From the NCBI GenBank assembly GCA_012520755.1, contig JAAYNS010000084.1, forward strand, positions 3,808 through 67,807: 64,000 nucleotides of DNA, written 5' to 3'. A model generated the notes under the pieces. It was not told the origin of the DNA, ran no database searches, and was given only the letters and a program-made list of their open reading frames with translations. Each line of letters opens with the position of its first letter. Position 1 is the stretch's first letter. Positions 1 to 10,432 of this stretch are shown piece after piece. The position numbers and the translations under genes are program-made. The DNA comes from Tissierellia bacterium (lineage in GTDB: Bacteria > Bacillota > Clostridia > Tissierellales > Tissierellaceae).

Positions 1-1788
1 TATTTAGAAGAAGAGGATATAGAAAAGTACAGGGATCTTGGCTTAGCTCACATATTAGCAGTGTCAGGATTACATATAGGGATTATTTCTGGATTCATAA
101 TTTTTGTAATGTCAAGATTAGCTATTAATAGAAAAGCAAATATAATAATAAGCTTAGGAGTTCTTTGGTTTTATTGCTATTTGATAGGGTTTCCACCTTC
201 GACCATAAGAGCTAGCTTAATGTTTACCATAATATTTTATTCTCAATTAGTTCATGAACCCTATGATTCCATAAACACAATAATGTTTTCAATCCTTATT
301 AGTCTATTTATTAATCCATTTTATTTATTTCATATTGGATTCCAATTATCATATTTAGCTACATTGTCAATAGTTATTATTACTCCTAGGATAAGGGAAA
401 TTTTTTATCCATTCAAAGGTAAGATTGTAGGAACAATATCGGCAATTTTAGCTGTAAATATTGGCCTGTTGCCAATACAATCCTATTATTTTAATACTAT
501 ATCTGTGATAGGATTAATTGCCAATCTTATAACGGTACCCTTATTATCTTTGTCATTGATATTAGCTATTTTGATGATTTTTTTTAATTATACATTTTCT
601 ATTATTAACTCTTTATTAGGACATTTTTTGAATTCTTTATTAGATTTTCAATGGATTATTGTTGATTTTCTAGCAGATGTATCCTTTAACACATTTAAGA
701 TTGGATCTCCAAACCTACTGCTAGTTTTAGTTTATTATTTAGCAATAGCAATTATATTTAGGATAATTGATTTGAAAAACATAAAGGCTTTAAATAAAAT
801 AATACTATATTATTTAGTGGGACTAGTTTTGTTAAATAGTATATATTTAAACAAGGATAATGGCATAGAAATTGATTTTATTGATGTTGGACAAGGGGAT
901 TCTATATTAATAAAATCCCAAGGATATAATTACTTAATGGACACAGGGGGGAGCATATTTTCTAATAACGATGTAGGTAAATACATTACCCTTCCTTACT
1001 TAGAGAAACATGGGATATTTGATTTAGAGGCTGTTATAATTACACATTTTGACGAGGATCATAGCCAAGGACTTAATGCACTACTAGGTGAAATAAATAT
1101 AAGTACTATATATGCCAGTAGTTTACCAATTGGAAATGAACTGATTAATAATATTAAAGAATACGATATACCAATTAAAGTTTTGGCAAAGGGTGACACT
1201 ATATATCTGGATAATAATACAAAGCTTAATATTATATGGCCTGATAGGGATAGAAAATCCAATCAATACAATCAAAACAATTTGTCCTTAGTTTCCCTTT
1301 TGTCATATAAAAACCATGAGGTTCTTTTTACTGGTGATATTGAAAAAGAGGTTGAATACATCATAAATAATAGTATAATTAGTGATGTTGAAATTCTTAA
1401 GGTAAGCCATCATGGCAGTAATACTTCTTCTACAGAAGTCTTTCTAGCTAATACTATGCCAAAATACAGTATTATTTCTGTGGGAAGAGATAATTTTTAT
1501 GGACATCCTAACAATGAAGTTCTTTCAAGATTAAATGATATAGATTCAATTACATATAGGACAGACGAGATGGGTATGATTAGGCTTTTATTAGATGATG
1601 ATTCTTTAAAGATAACTCCTTACTTAAAAGGGAAAAATGAAGCAAGAAAATTAACAGGATTTGTCTGGGAAAATTATTATATGATACTTCTTTATATAAC
1701 CTACTATTTAGTATCATATTTATTGATTAAGATATTTTTGATAATAAGAAAAGAAGGGGCAGATTATGAAATACGACGAATTTATTAA
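1..1788 (+). CDS. comEC: ComEC/Rec2 DNA-uptake channel with metallo-beta-lactamase domain (5' partial)
   Basis: Frame is open from base 1 (YLEEEDIEKYRDLGLAHILAVSGLHIG). Multi-TM Competence domain, then MBL motifs DVGQGDS, THFDEDH, HHGS. Lies upstream of holA. Confidence 0.95.
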   Translation, partial: YLEEEDIEKYRDLGLAHILAVSGLHIGIISGFIIFVMSRLAINRKANIIISLGVLWFYCYLIGFPPSTIRASLMFTIIFYSQLVHEPYDSINTIMFSILISLFINPFYLFHIGFQLSYLATLSIVIITPRIREIFYPFKGKIVGTISAILAVNIGLLPIQSYYFNTISVIGLIANLITVPLLSLSLILAILMIFFNYTFSIINSLLGHFLNSLLDFQWIIVDFLADVSFNTFKIGSPNLLLVLVYYLAIAIIFRIIDLKNIKALNKIILYYLVGLVLLNSIYLNKDNGIEIDFIDVGQGDSILIKSQGYNYLMDTGGSIFSNNDVGKYITLPYLEKHGIFDLEAVIITHFDEDHSQGLNALLGEINISTIYASSLPIGNELINNIKEYDIPIKVLAKGDTIYLDNNTKLNIIWPDRDRKSNQYNQNNLSLVSLLSYKNHEVLFTGDIEKEVEYIINNSIISDVEILKVSHHGSNTSSTEVFLANTMPKYSIISVGRDNFYGHPNNEVLSRLNDIDSITYRTDEMGMIRLLLDDDSLKITPYLKGKNEARKLTGFVWENYYMILLYITYYLVSYLLIKIFLIIRKEGADYEIRRIY

Positions 1789-2794
1789 ATTATTAAGTAA
1801 AGATATAGGAACAAGCTATTTGTTCACTGGTGTAGAAGAATATTTAAAGGATGAATGCCTTCAATTATTGAAGGAAAATTACATAGATAAATCATTAGAA
1901 TCTTTGAATTTTATGACTCTAGATGGGAAAATATCGACATTTGATGATTTGATAAATTCATGTGAGACCTTACCTTTTTTGTCCCCGAAGAAAGTTGTGG
2001 TAGTAAAAGATATATCACTGTTTTTCGACAAAGAAGAAAACAATAGTAAAGAGGTGTACGACTATCTTGATAATCTGGGAGACCATGTGTGCCTAATATT
2101 ATTTGATGGAAATAACCAGCTTAAAAAGACTCTTAAAATTTATAGGTATTACAAGAAACTAAAAGCAGTAGTTGAATTTGATAAGCTAAGGGACAATTCT
2201 CTAAACAAATGGGTTGAAAAAGAAATCAATAAGTATGGTCTAAACATATCTTTTTCCAATATTAATTATTTAGTAAGGAACAGTTCTTATTTCAATAGGA
2301 ATGCTAATTATACTCTTTATGATTTAGAGAACGAGATAAGGAAAGTAGCTAGCTTTACTAGAGGTAGAGAAGTAACAAAGGAAGATATTGATACTGTAAT
2401 GATAGAGTCCATTGATAATAACATATTTGATTTATTGTCTTCAGTTAATAGTGGGGATATAGACAGAGCCTTGTCTGTTTTTAATGAAATATATATATCA
2501 AATGAACCGATACCAAAGATATTGTTTATGATAATTAGACAGATTCGTTTAATGTTAAGTTATAGAATTTATAGAGAAAGTAACTATATGGACACTTCAA
2601 TAAAAGATAGTCTTAATATAAAAGATTATGAGTTTTCTAAGATATCTGCTCAGGCAAAGATGTATGCAACTAGTGATTTAGAAAAAATTTACAACCTGCT
2701 TTTAGCTGTTGATAAAAAATTCAAAACTAGTGATTCTGATCATAAGATAGATATGGAAATATTAATTACTAGACTATGTAAAAAACTTATATAA
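1766..2794 (+). CDS. holA: DNA polymerase III delta subunit
   Basis: YLFTGVE and CETLPFLSPKKVVVV motifs, 342 aa, comEC-holA-rpsT synteny. Confidence 0.93.
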   Translation: MKYDEFIKLLSKDIGTSYLFTGVEEYLKDECLQLLKENYIDKSLESLNFMTLDGKISTFDDLINSCETLPFLSPKKVVVVKDISLFFDKEENNSKEVYDYLDNLGDHVCLILFDGNNQLKKTLKIYRYYKKLKAVVEFDKLRDNSLNKWVEKEINKYGLNISFSNINYLVRNSSYFNRNANYTLYDLENEIRKVASFTRGREVTKEDIDTVMIESIDNNIFDLLSSVNSGDIDRALSVFNEIYISNEPIPKILFMIIRQIRLMLSYRIYRESNYMDTSIKDSLNIKDYEFSKISAQAKMYATSDLEKIYNLLLAVDKKFKTSDSDHKIDMEILITRLCKKLI

Positions 2795-2795
2795 G

Positions 2796-2835
2796 GGAGA
2801 GGAAAGATGTTTTGGATTAAACAACTTTCCTCTCC
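2796..2835 (+). terminator. Hairpin after holA
   Basis: ggagaggaaag/ctttcctctcc 11-bp stem; no immediate U tract. Confidence 0.5.
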
Positions 2836-2905
2836 TAAAATATTAGATAAGGTTTTTGTAAGTAGGTAAAAGATTTGTTGAATTCTTACTATAAAAAATA
2901 AAGAA

Positions 2906-2925
2906 AACTTCGGATTTCCGAAGTT
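2906..2925 (-). terminator. rpsT intrinsic terminator
   Basis: aacttcgg-attt-ccgaagtt, followed on the minus strand by a T-rich tract. Confidence 0.8.
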
Positions 2926-2929
2926 CTAT

Positions 2930-3193
2930 TTACATAGCTTGATTTAACTTTTTAGTAAGTCTACTAACCTTTCTTGCTGCGGTGTTTTTATGGATTACAT
3001 TTTTGTATACCGCTTTTTTTAGTTTTTTGTCTAAAAGTCCAAGTATAGCCTTAGCTTCATCAAAATTACCAGCATCAACAGCTGCTTCAAATTTCTTTAT
3101 ATATGTCTTTATCTCAGTTTTTCTACTTCTATTTAAAGCTGTTTTCTTTTCAGTAATTAAAATTCTTTTCTCAGCAGATTTAATATTTGCCAA
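2930..3193 (-). CDS. rpsT: 30S ribosomal protein S20
   Basis: MANIKSAEKR...HKNTAARKVSRL; TTG start at 3193 after AGGAGGTGA. Confidence 0.98.
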   Translation of the reverse strand: MANIKSAEKRILITEKKTALNRSRKTEIKTYIKKFEAAVDAGNFDEAKAILGLLDKKLKKAVYKNVIHKNTAARKVSRLTKKLNQAM

Positions 3194-3226
3194 TACCTTC
3201 ACCTCCTCATAAATCTAACACACGTT

Positions 3227-3255
3227 ATTTTATCATGAACATCAATAAATTGCAA
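3227..3255 (-). promoter_or_regulatory. sigmaA promoter of rpsT
   Basis: TTGCAA-17-TAAAAT with extended TG on the minus strand. Confidence 0.7.
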
Positions 3256-3285
3256 GGATAAATAATCCTATTTATGGTTAGAATT
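3256..3285 (+). promoter_or_regulatory. sigmaF-type promoter of gpr
   Basis: GGATA-15-GGTTAGAATT resembles the sigmaF consensus GYATA-15-GGNRANANTW; gpr is a known sigmaF target in B. subtilis. Confidence 0.7.
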
Positions 3286-3317
3286 TTAGTAGATAAATAA
3301 TTAAAGAGGAGAATAGT

Positions 3318-4292
3318 ATGGATAACATTTATACAGATTTAGCTGTTGAAAGAAGAGAAATGTATACTGAAGGAAAAGATGTTGAAATTGAAGGAGTATC
3401 AGTTGATATCTTGGAAATGGAAAATTATTCAGTAACTAGGATAGAAGTATTGAATAGGAATGGGCAAGAAATAATGCAAAAAGCAATAGGTAAGTATGTT
3501 ACAATAGATGTTCCAAGTTTGAATGTTGCTGATCAAGATTTAAAGGATGAGATAAGCAAGGTTGTAGCTAAAGAAATACAAGGCATGGGATATAATAAGG
3601 ATGATTCGAAGGTTTTAATTATAGGACTTGGCAACTGGAATATAAGTCCCGATGCACTGGGACCAAAAGTTGTAGAGAGGGTACTTGTTACTAGGCAGTA
3701 TTTTGTTAATTATAATAAAGAGTATGATGAGACTGTGGCAAATGTTGCAGCTATGGCTCCTGGCGTAATGGGTATAACAGGAATTGAAAGCATGGATATA
3801 GTCAGGGGAGTTGTAGATAAGATAAAGCCAGATTTACTAGTAGCAGTTGATGCTCTTGCCTCAAGAAAGATGGATAGGGTTAGTAAGACTATCCAGATAG
3901 CTGACACAGGAATAAGTCCAGGCAGTGGAATTGGAAATAAGAGAATGGCATTAAACAAAGAAACTCTTGGGATTCCAGTTATTGCCATAGGTATCCCTAC
4001 AGTTGTAAATGCAGCAACTATTGTTAATGATACTTTAGATTTGATTTTGGATTCATTAAAAGAGCAGGCTGAGCAGGGAAGAGAGTTTTATAATTTGTTA
4101 GACCAATTATCTGAAGATGACAAGTATGAATTAATTGTTGAAGTACTAAATCCCTTTATGGCTAATACAATTGTGACTCCTAAGGATATAGATGTGACTA
4201 TAGATGACTTGTCTATAATATTAGCCAACGGATTAAATATTGCACTTCATCCAGGTATAGACTTAAAAGATGTAAATAGATATCTAAGATAG
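3318..4292 (+). CDS. gpr: Germination protease GPR
   Basis: YTDLAVE, GLGNWNISPDALGP, AVDALASR, QIADTGISPGSGIGN motifs. Confidence 0.97.
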   Translation: MDNIYTDLAVERREMYTEGKDVEIEGVSVDILEMENYSVTRIEVLNRNGQEIMQKAIGKYVTIDVPSLNVADQDLKDEISKVVAKEIQGMGYNKDDSKVLIIGLGNWNISPDALGPKVVERVLVTRQYFVNYNKEYDETVANVAAMAPGVMGITGIESMDIVRGVVDKIKPDLLVAVDALASRKMDRVSKTIQIADTGISPGSGIGNKRMALNKETLGIPVIAIGIPTVVNAATIVNDTLDLILDSLKEQAEQGREFYNLLDQLSEDDKYELIVEVLNPFMANTIVTPKDIDVTIDDLSIILANGLNIALHPGIDLKDVNRYLR

Positions 4293-4293
4293 A

Positions 4294-4324
4294 ACATAAA
4301 ATTATTTTCTATTGAATATATATT
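4294..4324 (+). promoter_or_regulatory. Possible sigmaE-type promoter of spoIIP
   Basis: acataaaa...tatatatt; AT-rich, so the match is weak. Confidence 0.35.
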
Positions 4325-4355
4325 ATGGATTATATATTTAATAGGGAGTGTTAAC

Positions 4356-5315
4356 ATGAGGAGGAGAAGAAGAAAAAGAAGAATAAAAAGAAATGAAAGT
4401 TACTTTATAATGATATTGTTTTGCTTATTGGTTTTAAACCTAGGTTTCTTAATATATAGACTCGTAACTGACAATTTTACAGTAGGAAGTATTAAAGCTG
4501 AATCTCATAAGGATATGGTTAGTGAGAGGGATGTGGATGATCAGGGTGAATTAGAGTACAAATATGATTATATAATTGACAGATTGGATGAATATGAGAG
4601 TTTAATAATTATAAAAGAATCAAATGGGGTTAGTTCTATTGAGAATATTCCACCACCTTTGAATTTAGGGAAGCTTACAGTAGATAGAAGTAAACCATAC
4701 ATTTTAATGTATCATACCCATGCTACAGAGTCATTTCTCGTTGAAGATGAGACCCTCTATCATAATCAAGATACCAGTAAAAATATGGTTTACATAGGTC
4801 AAATAATGACTAAGGTTCTAGAAGCTAAGGGACATAAGGTAGATCATGTTGATACCTTACATGATATGCCTTCATATAGTAAATCCTATTCTCGTTCAAG
4901 GACTACAATAAATAACAAAAAGGCGGAAAATGAAAATTTGAAGTTTTTTTTAGACTTACATCGAGATGGAGTCGCTGTGAATGCAGATTATAGGGAGAAG
5001 TTTTTAGAAACTGCAAGAATTGAAATAGAGGGTGTTAGTGCTGGAACTTTTTCTCTTGTAGTCGGACCAGATACTGAAAATTATGAACAAATATTAAATC
5101 TAGCTAAGTATATAAAGGCTGTTTCAGATGCATTATATCCTAATTTATGTACTGGTATTATTATAAAACCGTATGGAAAATATAATCTAGATGTTTCAAA
5201 TTACTCAGTATTGCTAGAGATTGGGAGTAATCTAGTTACTCAAGAAGAAGCAACAGAAACTGTAAAATTAGTAGGGGAAATAATGAGTCTTGTAATAGAT
5301 AGTTTAATTGAATAA
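4356..5315 (+). CDS. spoIIP: Stage II sporulation protein P (amidase/endopeptidase)
   Basis: N-terminal TM; YHTHATES, LDLHRDG, LLEIGS motifs; follows gpr. Confidence 0.93.
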   Translation: MRRRRRKRRIKRNESYFIMILFCLLVLNLGFLIYRLVTDNFTVGSIKAESHKDMVSERDVDDQGELEYKYDYIIDRLDEYESLIIIKESNGVSSIENIPPPLNLGKLTVDRSKPYILMYHTHATESFLVEDETLYHNQDTSKNMVYIGQIMTKVLEAKGHKVDHVDTLHDMPSYSKSYSRSRTTINNKKAENENLKFFLDLHRDGVAVNADYREKFLETARIEIEGVSAGTFSLVVGPDTENYEQILNLAKYIKAVSDALYPNLCTGIIIKPYGKYNLDVSNYSVLLEIGSNLVTQEEATETVKLVGEIMSLVIDSLIE

Positions 5316-5379
5316 AATTTGAATTAAGATTACAAAATGTTATACTATTAATAGTAATATTATTAGGAGGTAATATAAT

Positions 5380-5931
5380 TTGGATAAAGATGATAAGGAA
5401 CCCAAAAGCGAAGCTTTTGAATGGATTAAAAGCATAGCTATTGCTGTTGTGATTGCAATTATAATTAAGACTTTTATTTTTAACACAACATATGTATTAG
5501 GAAATTCAATGTATCCAACTTTACATGAAAAGGATAGATTATTTGCTGTTAAGATTTCTTTGTTTTTTAGAGGGCCAAACAGAGGGGATATTATTGTATT
5601 ACAAGCACCAGATAGTCTTAAAAAGGATTATATCAAAAGGGTTATTGGAGTTGAGGGAGACAGAATTGATATAATTGATGGGAAAGTATATTTAAATGGT
5701 GAAATGCTAATTGAAGATTATATAGATCCTGGTGCATATACCCATATATATAGTGAAAGTACATGGGTAGTGCCTAAGGGACAAGTTTTCGTTTTAGGCG
5801 ATAATAGGGAAGAAGGGGCAAGCAAAGATAGCAGGTATTTTGGTTGTATAGATATAGATACAGTAAAAGGGATTACTGGTTTTAGATATTTTCCTTTTGA
5901 CAATAGGTTTGGATCTATAAATAAAGATTGA
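5380..5931 (+). CDS. lepB: Signal peptidase I
   Basis: GNSMYPTL catalytic Ser, YIKRVIG Lys, GDNR box, single N-terminal TM; TTG start. Confidence 0.95.
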   Translation: MDKDDKEPKSEAFEWIKSIAIAVVIAIIIKTFIFNTTYVLGNSMYPTLHEKDRLFAVKISLFFRGPNRGDIIVLQAPDSLKKDYIKRVIGVEGDRIDIIDGKVYLNGEMLIEDYIDPGAYTHIYSESTWVVPKGQVFVLGDNREEGASKDSRYFGCIDIDTVKGITGFRYFPFDNRFGSINKD

Positions 5932-5999
5932 AAGATTGAAATTTAGTAATAATTTGAATATTACTTTGATTTATGGAGAATCTATATTTGGTGATAAAT

Positions 6000-6224
6000 A
6001 TGGAATCCAGAGTGGAAAGATATCAAAGAAGAAAAAGAAGAACTTTATTTCAATTATATAAATTAGTGGTATTGATATGTCTATTAATTACTCTTATTTA
6101 TTTCTTGTTTGAGGTTAATAATAGTATCAAAGAGTTAAACTTATTAGAAAACACTGCTTTATTAGAAGTTGATTTTTCGAAAAAAACAATCTCTATATTT
6201 GGGAACACATACTATGTAAAATAA
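6000..6224 (+). CDS. Small single-TM hypothetical protein (74 aa)
   Basis: GGTGA RBS and ATG at 6000; basic N-terminus plus one hydrophobic helix; occupies the position of yqxA before lepA. Confidence 0.75.
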   Translation: MESRVERYQRRKRRTLFQLYKLVVLICLLITLIYFLFEVNNSIKELNLLENTALLEVDFSKKTISIFGNTYYVK

Positions 6225-6246
6225 AAGACCAGCTAGCTGGTCTTTT
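6223..6246 (+). terminator. Intrinsic terminator
   Basis: aaaagaccagc/gctggtctttt. Confidence 0.8.
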
Positions 6247-6248
6247 GT

Positions 6249-6277
6249 TTTACATAATAATCAAATTTTGTTATAAT
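6249..6277 (+). promoter_or_regulatory. sigmaA promoter of lepA
   Basis: TTTACA-17-TATAAT with extended TG. Confidence 0.75.
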
Positions 6278-6313
6278 CATGAATAGATGCGTTGATTTTA
6301 AAGGAGGAAGAGG

Positions 6314-8125
6314 ATGCAAGTAAAGCAAGAGAATATAAGGAATTTCTCTATAATAGCTCATATAGATCATGGCAAATCAACATTGGCTGATAGGCTAATT
6401 GAGAATACTGGTATGCTAACAACAAGAGAAATGGAAGAGCAAGTATTGGATAGTATGGATTTAGAAAAAGAAAGAGGAATAACTATAAAGCTGAAATCCA
6501 TAAGACTTATGTATAAGGCTAAAGATGGCGAAGAATATATATTAAATCTAATAGATACGCCTGGTCATGTGGATTTTAATTATGAGGTGTCAAGGTCTTT
6601 AGCAGCTTGTGAAGGAGCAATTTTGATAGTAGATTCTACTCAGGGGATTGAAGCCCAAACCCTTGCAAATGTATACCTTGCATTGGATCAGGATTTGGAG
6701 ATATTGCCTGTAATAAACAAAATTGATTTGCCAAGTGCTAGACCTGATGAAGTTAAAAAAGAAGTTGAAGATATAATAGGTATTGATTGTGAGGAGGCTC
6801 CTTTAATTTCTGCTAAAGAAGGTTTAAATATTGATCAAGTATTGGAAAGTATAGTCAAAAATGTACCACCACCAAAAGGAGATAGTAATGCCCCTTTAAA
6901 AGCATTAATTTTTGATTCATATTATGATAGCTATAAAGGAGTTACTTGTTATATTAGAGTCAAAGAAGGAACTATAAAACCAGGTATGAACATTAAGATG
7001 ATGGCAACTAATAAGTGCTTTGAAGTTACAGAAGTAGGGATTAACACTTCAAGGCATATAAGTACAGAAAGATTAGAAGCAGGAGAAGTAGGATATGTTA
7101 CTGCTAGTATAAAGAATGTAAAAGAAGCTAGAGTTGGTGATACTATAACTGATGCAGATAATCCGGCTCAAGAACCATTGCCAGGATATAAAAAGGTTAT
7201 ACCTATGGTGTTTTGCGGGATATACCCAGCTGAAGGAGAAGATTTCAATACCGTTAGAGATGCTTTAGAAAAACTTCAAGTAAACGATGCATCCCTAGTT
7301 TTTGAATCAGAAACATCAGTTGCACTTGGTTTTGGATTTAGATGCGGCTTTTTAGGCCTTCTTCATATGGAGATAGTTCAAGAAAGACTAGAAAGAGAGT
7401 TTGATTTAAATATAATTACAACGGCTCCAAGTGTTATTTATAAGGTCAAGAGAAATGATGGTGAAATACTAGAAATTCAAAATCCTTCTAATTTACCACC
7501 ATCTACTGAAGTGGAATATATGGAAGAACCTATAGTAAGTGCTTCAATAATGACTCCAACGGATTATGTAGGGCCTATTATGGAATTATGTCAAAATAAG
7601 CGCGGTGTATTTTTAAATATGGAGTATCTTGAAGAAACTAGAGTAGTATTGCATTATGAATTGCCTCTAAATGAAGTAATCTATGATTTTTTTGATGCAC
7701 TGAAATCTAAGACTAGGGGTTATGCTTCTCTTGATTATGAGCTTAAAGGATATAGAAGAAGTGAGTTAGTAAAACTAGATATCTTAATAAATGGTGAACT
7801 TGTAGATGCATTTTCATTGATTGTACATGAGGAAAAAGCTTATGAAAGAGGCAGAACTATTGCAGAAAGATTAGTAGACGTGATTCCAAGACATCAATTC
7901 GCTGTTCCGATCCAAGCAGCTGTTGGAGGAAAGATAATAGCTAGAGAAACCATTAGAGCCTTAAGAAAAGACGTATTGGCAAAATGCTATGGTGGTGATA
8001 TTTCTAGAAAGAAGAAACTACTAGAGAAGCAAAAAGAGGGTAAGAAGCGTATGAGATCAATAGGTTCAGTTGATGTTCCTCAAGAAGCCTTCTTATCTGT
8101 TTTAAAATATGATGAAAAGAAATGA
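6314..8125 (+). CDS. lepA: Translation elongation factor 4
   Basis: [29 protein letters not shown]-terminal [24 protein letters not shown]. Confidence 0.99.
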   Translation: MQVKQENIRNFSIIAHIDHGKSTLADRLIENTGMLTTREMEEQVLDSMDLEKERGITIKLKSIRLMYKAKDGEEYILNLIDTPGHVDFNYEVSRSLAACEGAILIVDSTQGIEAQTLANVYLALDQDLEILPVINKIDLPSARPDEVKKEVEDIIGIDCEEAPLISAKEGLNIDQVLESIVKNVPPPKGDSNAPLKALIFDSYYDSYKGVTCYIRVKEGTIKPGMNIKMMATNKCFEVTEVGINTSRHISTERLEAGEVGYVTASIKNVKEARVGDTITDADNPAQEPLPGYKKVIPMVFCGIYPAEGEDFNTVRDALEKLQVNDASLVFESETSVALGFGFRCGFLGLLHMEIVQERLEREFDLNIITTAPSVIYKVKRNDGEILEIQNPSNLPPSTEVEYMEEPIVSASIMTPTDYVGPIMELCQNKRGVFLNMEYLEETRVVLHYELPLNEVIYDFFDALKSKTRGYASLDYELKGYRRSELVKLDILINGELVDAFSLIVHEEKAYERGRTIAERLVDVIPRHQFAVPIQAAVGGKIIARETIRALRKDVLAKCYGGDISRKKKLLEKQKEGKKRMRSIGSVDVPQEAFLSVLKYDEKK

Positions 8126-8129
8126 TTAT

Positions 8130-9266
8130 ATGAAAGACTTTAGCTTATATATTCACATTCCTTTTTGTGAAAAGAAGTGTTATTATTGCGATTTTACTTC
8201 ATTTAAAAAAGATAGCACAGATATAGACAGGTATATGTCAAATTTAGATAAAGAAATTTTAATGTATGAGGAAATCCTTGCTGACTATAAGCTAAGTACA
8301 ATTTTCATTGGTGGTGGTACCCCATCATCAATAACTTCTATATATATAAAAAAAATTCTAGAAAGAATATATAGAGTGTTTAATATAGAAGAATTGGGAG
8401 AAGTGACAATAGAGGCTAACCCTGGTACATTAAATAGACAGAAGATTAAAGACTATAAAGATGCTGGCATTAATAGAGTAAGTCTAGGCTTGCAGTCATT
8501 AAATGACAATATTTTAAGAGCAATTGGTAGGATGCATACATCTAAGGACTTTTTGGAATCCTTTTACCTGTTAAGAGAAGAAGGATTCCATAATATTAAT
8601 GTAGATTTAATGTTAGGATTACCGGGGCAGAGCTTAGTAGATTTAAAAAATACACTTTATAGAATAATTGATTTAGATGTGGAACATATATCTTTATATA
8701 GTCTTATTATTGAGGATGGAACATTAATAAAAAACTGGTATGATAATGGTTTAATCGATTTGCCTAATGAAGATTTAGAAAGGTTAATGTATCATGAATC
8801 TGTTGAACTCCTTAGGCAGAATAATTATAAGCATTATGAAATATCTAATTTTGCTAAAGAGGGATATGAGTGCAAACACAATCTAAGGTATTGGAAAATA
8901 GAACCCTATTTAGGGGTTGGATTAAATAGCCATTCAAATTTGTTTAATAAAAGGTTTTGGAATCAATCAAAATTAATTAATTATAATGAATCCATAGAAA
9001 GTAATAAACTAGCAGTTGAGGGGGAAGAAATTATCGACAAGAGTATGGAGATTGCTGAATATTGCATTATGGGTTTGAGATTGAAAAGCGGCATAATAAA
9101 GAGCGAATATTTAAACAGATTTGGCGAAGATATTGATAAGAGATACAGAAAAATAATTAAAAAACATGTTCATAATAATTTAATAAAAGAAGATTATAAT
9201 AGTATTGTATTAACGAATAAAGGATTGGACTTATCTAATCAGGTAGAGGTAGACTTTATCCCGTAA
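8130..9266 (+). CDS. hemW: Radical SAM heme chaperone HemW
   Basis: YIHIPFCEKKCYYCDF, GGGTPS, YEISN, HN..YW motifs; lepA-hemW-hrcA synteny; start placed at ATG 8130. Confidence 0.93.
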   Translation: MKDFSLYIHIPFCEKKCYYCDFTSFKKDSTDIDRYMSNLDKEILMYEEILADYKLSTIFIGGGTPSSITSIYIKKILERIYRVFNIEELGEVTIEANPGTLNRQKIKDYKDAGINRVSLGLQSLNDNILRAIGRMHTSKDFLESFYLLREEGFHNINVDLMLGLPGQSLVDLKNTLYRIIDLDVEHISLYSLIIEDGTLIKNWYDNGLIDLPNEDLERLMYHESVELLRQNNYKHYEISNFAKEGYECKHNLRYWKIEPYLGVGLNSHSNLFNKRFWNQSKLINYNESIESNKLAVEGEEIIDKSMEIAEYCIMGLRLKSGIIKSEYLNRFGEDIDKRYRKIIKKHVHNNLIKEDYNSIVLTNKGLDLSNQVEVDFIP

Positions 9267-9280
9267 AACTTAAAAAGGTA

Positions 9281-9309
9281 TTGACAAAGGTCAATTCTAG
9301 TGATAATTT
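9281..9309 (+). promoter_or_regulatory. sigmaA promoter of the hrcA-dnaK operon
   Basis: TTGACA-17-TAATTT with extended TG, just upstream of CIRCE. Confidence 0.7.
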
Positions 9310-9321
9310 ATTATTATAGTA

Positions 9322-9348
9322 TTAGCACTCGAACAAGGGGAGTGCTAA
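9322..9348. promoter_or_regulatory. CIRCE element (HrcA operator)
   Basis: Perfect TTAGCACTC-N9-GAGTGCTAA. Confidence 0.99.
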
Positions 9349-9376
9349 TAGCATCCAAGATGAAGAGGTGAAGAAA

Positions 9377-10417
9377 ATGTTGGATGAAAGGAAACTAAAA
9401 GTGCTATATGCTATTATAAATAGCTATATTATTAGCGCCGAGCCAATAGGATCTAGAACTTTATCTAAACATTATGATATAGGCGTAAGTCCTGCAACTA
9501 TAAGAAATGAAATGTCTGACCTTGAAGAACTAGGTTTGTTGAACAAGCCACATTCATCAGCAGGAAGAGTACCATCTGACAAGGCATATAGACTATATGT
9601 AGATAGCTTATTAAACCTAAACAATATATCAATAGACGAAGAGAAGAAACAAAAAGTAAAGAGTATTTTGTTTAGTGAATCTCAAGAAGTTGATCAACTA
9701 TTACAAACATCTGCTAGAGTTTTATCTGAGATTACAAATTATACAGCACTTGTAATATCACCTCATTTAGAGAATAGTAGGATAAAGCACATCCAATTAC
9801 TACAAGTAAGTAGTAATCAAATATTATTGGTAATTGTTAATAATTCAGATATAATAAAGAGCACGATTTTTAAAGTGGATAGTCCGACCTCTTCTAATCA
9901 GCTAAATACAATTTCTAACTTCTTAAATGAAAAATTAAACGGTCTGCCTCTTAATAAACTTAAAGATGTCCTCAATATGGGTTTATTAGATGAATTATAT
10001 GAGTATAAAGATTTGTTAAACAAAGTAATTCCTGTCTTAAATGAATCTGTATATGAAGCAGAGGATGTTGAATTATATTATGAGGGTGTAGCTAGATTAT
10101 TAAACTATCCTGAGTATAAGGATATAAATAAAGCAAAAACAATCCTATCTTTCATTGAAGATAAGGATAAGGTGTTAGAAATACTTTTGAAAGAAAATCT
10201 AGGAAATGAGATCCAAATTGTCATTGGTGAAGAGAATGTATATGATCAATTAAAAGAAAGTAGTATTGTGACTGCAACCTATAGTATAGATGGTAAGACT
10301 ATAGGCAAAATTGGTTTATTAGGTCCTACAAGGATGGACTATTATAATTTAATCAATACATTAAGATTATTTTCTGTTAATATATCAGAAATACTTGAGA
10401 TGGTATTTAGAAAGTAG
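9377..10417 (+). CDS. hrcA: Heat-inducible transcription repressor
   Basis: EPIGSRTL, SPATIRNEM, HSSAGRVPSDKAYR, GPTRMDY; ATG 9377 after GAGGTGA. Confidence 0.98.
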   Translation: MLDERKLKVLYAIINSYIISAEPIGSRTLSKHYDIGVSPATIRNEMSDLEELGLLNKPHSSAGRVPSDKAYRLYVDSLLNLNNISIDEEKKQKVKSILFSESQEVDQLLQTSARVLSEITNYTALVISPHLENSRIKHIQLLQVSSNQILLVIVNNSDIIKSTIFKVDSPTSSNQLNTISNFLNEKLNGLPLNKLKDVLNMGLLDELYEYKDLLNKVIPVLNESVYEAEDVELYYEGVARLLNYPEYKDINKAKTILSFIEDKDKVLEILLKENLGNEIQIVIGEENVYDQLKESSIVTATYSIDGKTIGKIGLLGPTRMDYYNLINTLRLFSVNISEILEMVFRK

Positions 10418-10432
10418 AGTTGAGGTGAAATA

